Source: Paramecium tetraurelia
Lineage: Eukaryota
Length of the DNA stretch: 64,000 nucleotides
Reading direction: 5' to 3'
Assembly: GCA_000165425.1 (NCBI GenBank)
Contig: CT868029.1
Location: forward strand, 124,001 to 188,000
Shown here: piece by piece, positions 38,301-49,743 of the stretch
How the letters are laid out: each line of letters opens with the position of its first letter
How positions within the stretch are numbered: the first letter of the stretch is position 1
Made by a program: the position numbers and the translations under genes
The notes under the pieces: generated by a model
What the model saw: the letters and a program-made list of their open reading frames with translations, nothing else
What the model was told of the DNA's origin: nothing
Databases searched by the model: none

Positions 38301-40798
38301 TCTTCCTTAAATTAGATCGGTTGTGTAGGATAAAAAGTGATGAATTTCCAAAGAATTCTTTCCAATTCTATTAATAAAGTGATATTATTTAGAAATCATC
38401 ACTGCTTTTGAAAATCTACACCTACTAATATTTTGATTATTGTCTTTTTAACGCAGGGTGTTATTTTGAATGAGTCTCCTCTTTCTCACTGTCATCAGAG
38501 ACCTTAGACAATCTTCCAAAGAAGCGTTTCTTTTCAGATTATGAATTGCTGACTTGCAATAATGAGGTCTCTTTTGTTGGTACAATTCTAGATTTATTTT
38601 GCATTGTTGAAATAATTTTAGTAGCTCTAGCTTTTGAAATATCAGCTTCGTTTTTAGCATCTTCATAATTATCAAGCATCAAAGTCAAAAACGAGGGAAG
38701 TATAAAAAATTTACAAATAAATTAGACACAAATGAAAAAGATATACGGAATCCAAGATCCAGTTTCCAATGTAGTATAAAATATGGTTTACCATTAATCC
38801 GAAGATATGATTATAAACAATGTAGTAATTGTCTCTCTCATACTGTCGAAATTAGCCCTTGGAATATAGGAACCATCCAAATCATAGAATCCTAAATCAT
38901 TGAATCTTAATTTCCCAGCAAAAAAGTTACGACCCATCAAACCAATCACTAGACCGTAAATAAAGAGTATCAAAATCATGATGGGGATGTTGTTGAACGA
39001 CTTCCATAAGGCTGATAATAAAACTCGATAATTTGACCAACTAGTTTAGTAATTGAAGACCCATAGCAATCGTATTCCTTTGATTGTATTTAAGATGAAG
39101 GGATGTTCCAATTAATTGACTTGGACTATCAAACCAACAAAATCACAAATAAATTCTAATAACACAATTATTTTGCTTTCCTTTTATTTCCAAATATAGA
39201 TTCTTGCTATGTCTTCTATTAAATAAATTACCAAAAACACCACATTTATTTTGGCTAATGTTCCTTCTAATTTGTTTATATATGCTGATTCATCATTTAG
39301 AGACAACACAACAAGATTAGCCAAAAATAAAAGACTGTAAAAATATTGCGTTATTTTTGAAGATAAAATAGATTTGATAATTACTCTAATCTTTCTTTAA
39401 TCACTACTTCTTTTAGTTGAATTCATAAGCATAGTCATAACTCTTTGTTTACTTCTACTAAGATAATTGGGACTCTAAAACACAGTCTTTCTTTTTTCAT
39501 TCGTTAATGATATTTTGGTATGACTATTTAAAAATAAAACTGTTTAAGCTGGTTCATCTAAATGAACTTCTTGTTGAGATTACTTCAGAAATATGGCAAC
39601 CACCAAGTTTTACAAAAAGAATGAACAAATAAAAATATAAGTCCACAAATACCCAGTACTCACATATTTATTGAATGAGTCAGCCAAACTCTATTCAATT
39701 TCTACCCATCCTTCAATATAATGGACTATAAACAAACTAGCCATTGATTCTTGAATGTAATCAAATTTAGTGAAATTATGTGAATACTAAATGAATGGTT
39801 ACTCAAATTGAGCCTGCTGACATTCATATCCATCAGAACAAGACCTTCCCAAACCACAAAATCGAGTTGGATAGTAGTCAACCTCATTATCTTTGTTGAT
39901 GCATTAATTTCCGATAATCCCAGTCCAAATTTGTAATCCTACCACTGCAAACACATAAAAGAAAAAGCAAATTATTATTGTGATGTAAACAATTGAGATA
40001 AATGAATGTTCTACTGTCAAACAAAATTTTCGGACTATTCTTAAAATTTTGTAGTGCATAAAAAACTCAAGCAAAAATAGTATTCTTAATGTATAAAAGT
40101 AAGATTGTCTCAAAATTAAGGCGAAGAACAAGGCTATTCCATTTATGAATGCTATTGGGTTCCTGTAGTATCCGTATTTACAACTCCATAACCTACATAG
40201 TTATTCTAAATACCCATATGAAACTATCGATATTAGGTGATGAGCAGCAAATATCACATCTGCGGTGACTATTACTCCCAGGATCTGATCATCATTTAAA
40301 CTGAACCCAAATCCACTCTTTTGACCATTGTAAGGCTTGATCATCAAAATCACTATACAAAATGTTGTCTAAATAGTTTGGAAATAATACGAATATGTAC
40401 ACAGAATATTAATAAACTCGAGATTCATTTATTAAAATGCAATATTGCCGAAATTTATTATTCATTCCAAAATAATCCAAAGAAAATTAGCAATAATAAG
40501 GATTCTCATTTTTTTAAAACTGTTCATCAACATTTTCTAAAAAGTGTAATCGAATGTTTGCTTACGATGGATTTGGTGAAAAAATCCCCTACTCTTAATT
40601 CAACCTATTTAAATCATTTGTTGCCTAAAATTCCTTATTATGGCTTTCTATTTGATTCATATTTTACTTGTTATACTAATGTTTCTAAAAGGACTATGGC
40701 AAAATGTCCTAAACTGAAGATAAGATATCCTTCTCATAATCGCGATTCATCCTAAACTTCGGTTACTTTTTGAAGCAATTTAAAAAAGACTAAAGCAT
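35396..40798 (-). CDS. Four-domain (24-TM) voltage-gated-type cation channel alpha subunit (CaV/NaV superfamily), filter E/D/E/Q
   Basis: Four repeats with pore loops YIEGW, SSDQW, IGEGW, TGQYW. S4 YLRAFRALRTLRIL (DIII) and IRSLRIIKANKLFR (DIV). Post-S6 segment KWSDYDPQGTGWI...PPLGF. Confidence 0.9.
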
Positions 40799-40841
40799 AT
40801 AAATAATATAAATTTAGTATTATTATTCTCAAAGCTCTTCA

Positions 40842-42547
40842 TCAAATCCACCTCCTCCTCTAAGAAGTCTGAGTCGATTGAAATGATCCTCCAATCTGAC
40901 TTACCCTTCTATCTCCTTAAGTTTTCACCTACTCTGATAAATGTCCTGGAATCCAAATTTCTCTAACTTCCAAACAAGACTTAGAAATTTCTGGATGCAA
41001 CAACTTCCGTATTTCTGATTGGCTGGGAGGCTTAAGAGGTAAGGTTTTCTAAATTGATTGTGCTTCATTAAAAACATCATCTTCACTGTCTCTTTAGGAT
41101 TTTAAATATGCTTCATCAGCACTTATCTTCCTCGAAGGTTGTTGTCCTTGTTAGTACTTTATTCTCCTTTTCCCAACAGCATTTATTTCCACTGGTCTTA
41201 TGGGTACATTTTTATTTAATGTAAATCCTACATGGGCGATACTACTTCTCCTTTTGAGACTATGCTACATGGACTATAATTTTTATTCCTCTTAAGCGTA
41301 TGTTAATCTTTATTGACTATGAGAAGCTATCCCATTCTTGCCTCTTATTTACATTAATTCGAGAGTGGTTTTCTTTTGGTTCTAATTATTAGTGTTTTTC
41401 AGAAGATCTAATATAGATGAGGATTTTGTATTAACTTTGTGATAATTCTCAATTGAATTGAAAGGTTTAGAGGAACTTAAATTTACATAATAAAGTTTTT
41501 CTTACTTGGAGACTTTGATGTTGTACATAGCATATTATACAAAGTTTTTGAGCAAAGTATTTGTAAAAGGGTATTTGGTATCAATTTCAAACATGCAAGC
41601 CAAAGCCTTGGGATACTCAATTATTGATGGTCCTTCGTCACTTTCTGCAAGACAGATAAATTTCTTTTCGGAATTATTGAATTAGAAATTGTGAATATCC
41701 CATCTATTCAATAATGGTGCTAAAAAGCGTGATTCAATATCTTTAAATGCCTTTGTTGTTTTAATTTAATGAATAATACCCAATGTTATAAATAAACATT
41801 TCTTATTGAGACAACAGTTTCAGTGTTTTTATTTTTACTTAGAAAGGAGCCATTTTGTTTTGGTTTGTAAATAGGAGCCTTAACAACATACTTTCCTATT
41901 GATTAGAATTCTTGGGCTGCACTCCTTAAGTGAATGCCTACATTCAATTTTGGAATCCACTCAGAAGTTTCATAATTAAAAACATATAAATCCCCTGATG
42001 TGTTTTCCAAAAACATATCGCTTTGTTAAATCTGGATTTTTAATTCTCTTAGATCTGATAATTTTCCTCCATTCTAATTGATTAAGTTGATAGGCTTATA
42101 TATCATATTAAGTGATTACTCTCTCAATATTAGATGCTGATAAATACACTAAGGCCTACATGGCAAATCCTGAAGCAAAGAGTAGCTTCTATACTCTTAA
42201 ACACATTCTCAACAAAACCAATATTTTTGCTAACTATGATTCTGAAATCCATACCCATGTGAGCAGCCCAAGGTCGAGTGTGACAATCTCCAATAATGAA
42301 TATGACATCAAGTTGATCGAATTTTTGAGCTGCTTCCTTTTTCACATAAGAACTTTCTACTTCGTATAGAAAGTCCTCTATAGTATCCCTATTACGAACA
42401 TAAAATTCATTTTCTGTATCTATTAACTCTTTTTACTCTGCTAAATACTATATTATTCGGATATTTTACTTTCATAACATGAAATTGGAAATGTTGGAAT
42501 TTTTCTAGGTCTTTGTTATCATAGCAATTTATTATTAAAATTCGCAT
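40842..42547 (-). CDS. Class I glutamine amidotransferase-fold-like protein lacking the catalytic Cys
   Basis: Starts MRILIINCYD; FDQLDVIFIIGD; after removal of a 25-nt intron, LLRMCLRVQKLLFASGFAMQAL, which aligns with the GATase PILGICLGMQ elbow. The fold is inferred by eye. Confidence 0.55.
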
Positions 42548-42734
42548 TATAAAAAAATAATAAGTTATTTTATTAGTCTTGGTGAAAGTTGATTTTGCTG
42601 ATAAAAAGTGAAGATATACTGGATAGTTTTTATATTTTGAAGATAAATTAGAACTTTGTGAGCATTTGATCCATGTAAGTCATAGTGTAATTATAAAATT
42701 AACAAATATCAAGAAAATATAATTTAAATATTTT

Positions 42735-42980
42735 TCATTATTTTTCTTGTATTCCTAGTATTCCTTTGACAGTAATTTTACTTTTGTTTATTGTTTGTAG
42801 TCCGATTCTCATCTCACCAGGTTTAGAGATACCTACAACAAATTTATGGGTTTCAATCCTATTGGAGAATTATTCGATTTCCATTTGACTCTAACATTTA
42901 TCCTATAAATCCGTATCCATATTGATACAATCATCTTGACTGGATTTTCGTGAAAGTTTTTGTGAATATTCTAAATTCAT
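42735..42980 (-). CDS. Small hypothetical protein (81 aa)
   Basis: Intronless frame MNLEYSQKLSRKSSQDDCINMDTD...KFVVGISKPGEMRIGLQTINKSKITVKGILGIQEKQ-TGA. Confidence 0.5.
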
Positions 42981-43104
42981 GGAAGATTAATTAGTGCTGA
43001 ACTTTAATTAATTTATGAAGCAATTTATGAATACTATTTAAAATTCTGTTATTTGATATAAAACAACTTATAAATAATAGAGTATCAAAAGTATTATGAA
43101 ATAA

Positions 43105-46100
43105 TCAGAATTTTCTTATTTTGAAAGATTAATCTGGAGATATAAAGGCTTATTCAAATAATCCTCCTGATTGCTAATCACTCTGCCATCTGTAAACAGG
43201 AATGTCTTCCTTTTTAGGTTGGTCTTCCTCTGAACAATTGGTATTTGGATGAATATTTTCTGGTCGTGGTTCATCATTTGATATAACTTATTGTGTAATA
43301 TCATCTTCAAGAAATTAATTACAATCTTAATCAATGCTAAAGGATACACTAAAATAAGTACTATTGGTTATTTATAGATTTTTTATCGAATGAAGAATCC
43401 TGCTCATCCAGATCTTCCTCAGTGAATTGTTTCTATTTGATGTTGAGCTTCTTAATTAGTTTTCTAGAGTAAGCCTCCCATGCTTTGTATAAAATGAGGA
43501 CTGTCAGATAATCATGTAATATATTGAAGTTGGCTTTCAAATGCAGAATGGGACTGATGTTGCTTCTCTACAGGAACCTGTTTCTTCTGTAATACATCAG
43601 TCGGAGTTACATTTCCTTGTTGAATTACTTGACTTTCTTGATTGAGGAAGAAGTGCCGTTCTTGAACACTTCACCATGATAACATACTCTAAATAGTTCG
43701 TATATTAATTGATTATACTGAATGTATCCAAAGTGGTCACTATTTTATTATTAACAATAAATACCATTATAATTTAAATGAAGAAGCCAATTTACCAACA
43801 TCCCATAAATTCTCATCACTCCCACCACCCAAAGGTTTCCCAATATCCAATAAGAAACGACACAAAAACTTATAATGCATTGCTTGACCTTATGTTTCAG
43901 AAGAGTATTTACACCAAATTGTTTTGATCTTATCCATATTTTCAACGTAAGTTTGAATCATTGAATTTTAGAGCATAAAGAATTACTCAAACTATTCCAC
44001 CAAGCCCAAAACAAACAAATTTAATAGAACATAATTTGACAGCAACATAAATAGGAAGAAGTAGATTTAATTATAAATACTTCCACAATAGGTTTCATCT
44101 TCCGCACAATAAGGATTATAAAATATTGTGTCAGTCATTATAGTTCTCCAATCATCTCCTGATGCACATTTAGAAAAGGGAGAGCATGGCTTAAGCCAAC
44201 ATTCTGGAAATTGATTTAATCATCCATCACCTATCCCTTTTCTAATCTTCCATATAATTGACAGCCGAAAAGTGCAAAAATATACATCGTTATGATCAAC
44301 AAGCAGAAGATCTTCCCCAAAAATGGCATAGCAAAGACCATGACTCTCATTAATCTCTACAAATTAATCAATCCTTAGAAAATCAAAATAATTCTTAAAC
44401 ATCTGATGGCAAAGAATAACCGAAGGAGTTGATATCCTGAATCAGCTGGTGATGATCTAAAATAGACCAAGGCCCAATCTGATTCGAAATCAGCTATAAT
44501 ATCAATGATGGCTATTAAAATCAAGAAGAAATAGAATCTTCTCCAATGATTATCAAAAAATCTATTGACTCCTAAAGCAAAAAACAATAGGATATTCCAA
44601 ATGATGTAGATATATGTTAAACTATTGTGAGTACTATTCAAAATTCTGAAAAAGTTGTCATCCATCTCAGAAAAGAAGAGCAATAACACCATTAAATCGA
44701 GCAGTAATAAACAAAACATAATCTTTTGAGCAGTATTACTGTTTGTTAAATCAGAAGCAAATCTTCTAATCTTAGAAGTAGGAGGTGAAGAGTACAATGG
44801 AAAGTCTTTAATAATTATTTATGAAATCTCCATAAACTCTACTTGAGCTTTGGTGATATCAGACATTTCTATTTTGCTCTAATTGGCTTTCAAATTTGAA
44901 TATAAGACTCCCGTAAATAGACTCAAGAAAAACATTGATCCAATAAAACAAAATGTTATAAAAAAGGTGTAAGTATGTATGTAACTATTAAATGCCTCAG
45001 GACCTATATTTGGATTCTAACTGTTTTCTGATATCTGCATAATTTCACCCCATCCATCAAAAGTGGAAACTACAAAAAGAGTGGGGATAGCTATTGTAAT
45101 ATTGTCGAAATTATGTTTATAATTGATCCATGTCCTGTTCTACTCTAAACATTCCCGCTTGTTAACTTCAAATTGCATTTTGTCTTCACAAAATCCAAAC
45201 TGCTGCTCATATAAGATAATTCCATAAACTCCAAATATAATCCACACTGAAAGCATAGTAATCAGCACATTCCAAATGTCTGCTAGAGATCTACCTAATG
45301 CTAATCGAAGTGTGTCTAACCATGATATTCTGTACATCAATTTCATCACTCTGAAATATCCTAAATATAGAATTAACTCCACTATTATGCTTTTGTTTTG
45401 ATTTGATAAAAAATTGAGGAAAAATGAAATGATATAGATGACATCCACTATTTACCATGTGTATGTAATGTATGCTCCCTTATTCATCCACATTCCCTTT
45501 GCAATACTACCGAAAATAATCTCTAACAGAAATATAATATTGGCTATGAATTGCAAAACCTCTGGATAAAATGAAGAATCACTCTCATAGTCATTATATG
45601 TCTTCAAAGCAAAGACAACAATTGAAAAATATAAAACAGTATCTATAAAGTAATTGAAGAATTTTGAAGTGATTATTCTGCAACATATTATTCTGAAAAG
45701 GTTTTCCTTTTCAAATAAATAAAACGATTATTTGCATTAGATTCCATCATATAAATTAGGATATTTGTTTAATATATCTTTATGAACTTGTCTGATTGAT
45801 TTCATTAAGTTTGTTATTAAATGCTACTTGGACTTTTTCTATTGGGTTTCACTTAAATTAATTTATGATATCAATGGATTTAAATTCAACTAAAATTCGT
45901 TTATTTCTTGTTGTTCTGTGATCTGTGAGTTTTATTCCTCCTATTTCTCATTATTCTTTTCCTCATCTTATTCTTTTTCTTCATCCAACTCCTGCATTTC
46001 CTTGTCAATAGCTCCGAACCCATCCAACAATATAGCCAACACCAAACCATAGGTGATATAATTCAATAATATAACCATTGAATACGAATAAATTACAGCA

Positions 46101-49100
46101 AATATATAGTTAATATTTCCTCCCATAACATAGACTCCATACCAATCATCATTTGTTAAGATGTTGAAAATCGTCATAAAAGCCTTTAGAATATTGTCAT
46201 AGGAATGCAATTATCCTAGAGCATCTGTTTAGTCGAAATATCCGGCATACATCTCCATGCCAATCATAGCATAAACAAAGATGACTAAAAAAAACAAGAA
46301 GGTCAAATATATATATTATCTGAAAGTTCGCTAAGCAATATGTCCAATCGCCACTGCCATTTTATTATATTTCAATACTCGATAAAACAGAAGACACTTG
46401 GTCCCCCTTATCAACCTAAGATTCTGTTCATTTAAGTTTGTCATTACTGAACTCATAGTAAGCTCGATGAAGTTCAAAATCACAATGCAGGATTGTAGAA
46501 CGTAATCGGGACTTTAAGATATGTCTTTAAAAGAAAAAGCAAAAAATCTAATTACTAATTCTATGCATAGAAATATTGTTGAAACATCCTCCTCATTAGA
46601 TATTGTTACTGAATCAGCTATTCCTTATAATGATAGAAATGTAAAATTAATTAAGATAACACTATCAAAAAATAATTAGCTTAGTTAAGATGTAATTAAA
46701 ATATAAGAGTATTTTCGCAGAGTTTCAATTTTACCTTTAAACCCAAGCATCCAAATTTAAATGTCAATAAAATTAAGTCTCTTTAACACTTCTCTGAAAT
46801 TGAATAATCTAGACTCATTTAATTTAAGAACGTCATTTCCAGACCAAGTTTTTTTTGAAATCTAATTCTATTGAATATCCTTCCTTCTTAGTAATCTATA
46901 CTAGAATTCATTGGATGGCTAAGAGTGTTTGTTTTTCTGAATTTTAGCATTAATTTTTAAAGAAACTCCTGCATAATTTAAATAGTATCCTTGGATATGG
47001 ACCCAATTTTAGTCTTATTTTTTAATTGCAAATGGAACCTTGCCTTCATTTTATGAAAATTTGAGTTTATGAGATAGTGCCATACTTTGTTTTTAAATAA
47101 ATAGGTTTTGATCCAAAGAATTGTTGGTTTCTACTTCTTCATCCTCAGTCTCATTCAATTTGATCCTTTTCACCTTTCGAATCGGAAATTGACTGAGTTT
47201 CTTGCGATCATATACAATTTATTAAATCTTTTTTTATTTTATATCAGGATAAACAACAGGTATTTTGATGTTCCTCATGTTGAGAATTTCCTTTTCTAAT
47301 TCCTTTTTCTCGCAATCAGGCAAACTATTTATAGAGGAATCTCATTTACTTTAGAGTTGGCAAAACGTCTCCTTCACTTTCAAATTTCTAATGAATTTGT
47401 TAATTGACTGAGGATTACAATTAGGAGAATTATAAAGACTTTAATCTTTCTAATATTTACAACTCAATCTCGTCTTCAGTATACCTTTTAACATGAATAG
47501 TCTTTTGTTTCTCATTCAGTAAGTAGAATTTAGGCAATAGAATGTTTTTTACTGTTAAATTCTAAATTTTATAAATTAATCTTTTAAAATAACCTTACTA
47601 AAACAATGTTATAATATTTTATTACTTTTGGATTGTAATCTTCATTCTTTTTTTGTTTAGCTGACAATATTCTTGGTCCCTTTTACTTATTTGAATTGCC
47701 TTTTTCATTGACATTTTCTTCTAATTTGAAGGCTCGATAAGGGGATTTTAAAGCCAACCGATATCTTTGAATAACAGGAAAAAATTCAATATATCTCAAA
47801 AAAGCCACATCAAAAACATTAATAATATCTCTTTCGGGAAGTTCCCTATTCTCCTTAATCTTCTACTGTATTTATCTCATTTCTTCTTCCTTTGCATTCT
47901 CCTCTGCAGCTTCAGCATAATGTATTTTAATGACCGCAATAACTAAATTGAATCCAAAGAATCCGCAAACAAAAATAATGAATAAATAATACAACCAAGT
48001 CCATGGATGATAGATTCTCATCGTAAAGAACATGACCCAACTCCAATCATCCATTGTAATAGTTCTCAAAACTTGTCCATATGAATAAACGACATTGTTA
48101 AAGGAAGTCGGAAGTTTCGGAGTGAATGATGAATATTTACAAGACATTCCTTCCTCATAACAGGAATTTTAATTGCATTGGACCCACCCGTCAGTTTCAT
48201 CCCCATTATCATATTGACATCTATAATTAAATAATCCTTGAAACAAAAAAACTCCTGTGATTGCAAAAAACAACGAAAACAATCCTACTATCATTAAAGC
48301 TTCTAAGAGAAATCGAAAAGACTATTTCAATGCTTTCAACATCACTCCCAACCCTGAAAAGATGTCTCCTAAATACAGTAACAATGTTATCACACGCAAA
48401 GGCGATACATCTACTATGAATACATCAGGATAATTAATGTTTAAAACATAAACTACAACCAAAATGCAATCAAATAAGTCTTAAAAATTCTTGAAGAAGG
48501 CTCCTTTTGGAATTAATACACCTGAAGCTAGTATTCTGATTCCCAGTTCTATCAAGAAACAAATCATAATTGCTGTTTCCATATCTTTGGTTGACAGGGG
48601 GTCTTAATTGGTTTAAGAGTATATGTATAGGGTGACATTGAAGATAATTAGAAAGGACATGATGATTTTGAATGGAACACTCCTTATTATCCTTTTGCAT
48701 AAGATTGGAATAAATAAGGAATAATAGACTATAGACTTTCTTAGATTCAGAAATTTTTTATCATCATTATAAGCCTAACAATGGAAATGTTAAATTTACA
48801 TTTATTTCATAGTGCAATCTTTCGAATCCATGCAGATCCTACAACTTCACATAGTAAGGATCCTCAAATGGGTTTCTTTCATATAGTTTTTTAAATTTTC
48901 CTTTTAACTTATCCTCTACCGATTCATTATCAGCATAATCATCCTCTTCACTGTCACTTAGTTGTTATTTGACTCTATTATGAACTGCTAACAACTTAGA
49001 TTAAAAGGCTCCTTTTTTGCTACGATGAGACATCTTTAAGGATCTTTGGGATGACATTCCGTCACTTACTTAGGATTGAAGCATTTGATCTCCTCCACAT

Positions 49101-49724
49101 TGTTTTTGAATATTGATATCTTGTTTCATTCCCCATCGATGTTCAAAATCAATAAACTAAACTTTTAAAATAGACTTTTCAATTCCATCTGAGATATCCA
49201 ACGGATTTATGAAATCTTAATCAAATGACATATTCGGCAATATTAATTTATCCTACACTTAATAAAAGGAGGATTGGGCTTATTATATAATACCAATATT
49301 GTCCTTTAAAATTATTGATTAGTCTAACTTCTCCTTGTTCGATTCCGAATCACTAGAAAAAGATGATGATCCTGAAGATAAATCTTTGTTCATTGAAATG
49401 TTCACTTTTTATTTGCTTTTGATAGATGAAACGGAATGTCTGCTTCCTATCATTCTTATTTTACTTTCTTCCGACGAGAATAAATTAGAGTTGCTCATTT
49501 TTCTATTTGCAATTTCCCTTGAAATTGAGAAACGCTTCTTAGAACTTCTGGCTACTTCATTCTGCTTTCTATCACTTATCTTCTGCATTTCCTATAAATA
49601 ATAAATTAATCATATTTAAAGTCAAGTTTGAAAACAATAAATTCACCTCCACTTCCTCATCTGACCTAGAATATCCCCCCTCCTATCTTCGTCCTCGAAC
49701 TAGAATAGACAAGTGAATTTTCAT
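43105..49724 (-). CDS. Four-domain cation channel alpha subunit with D/D/D/D filter; frameshifted in domain IV as assembled
   Basis: Pore loops TITMDDW (DI), ILTNDDW (DII), VSTFDGW (DIII), CASGDDW (DIV); S6 FFGFNLVIAVI and FFLSLFTGVLY. Two extra bases at about 44170-44200 break the frame. The start is 49724 (needs a 55-nt intron) or 49588. Confidence 0.88.
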
Positions 49725-49743
49725 TTGAAATTATTATAATATA

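Noticed and set aside
40321..40755. 144-aa plus-strand ORF in the track, and similar ones at 25904, 35065, 42112, 49335, 56676 and 59414
   Set aside because: These are antisense shadows of well-supported minus-strand genes and carry no motifs of their own.
44165..44205. Euplotes-style programmed ribosomal frameshifting at TAA in the channel gene
   Set aside because: TAA encodes Gln in this code, so there is no stop-induced pause. Two nearby indels are better explained by assembly error or mutation.
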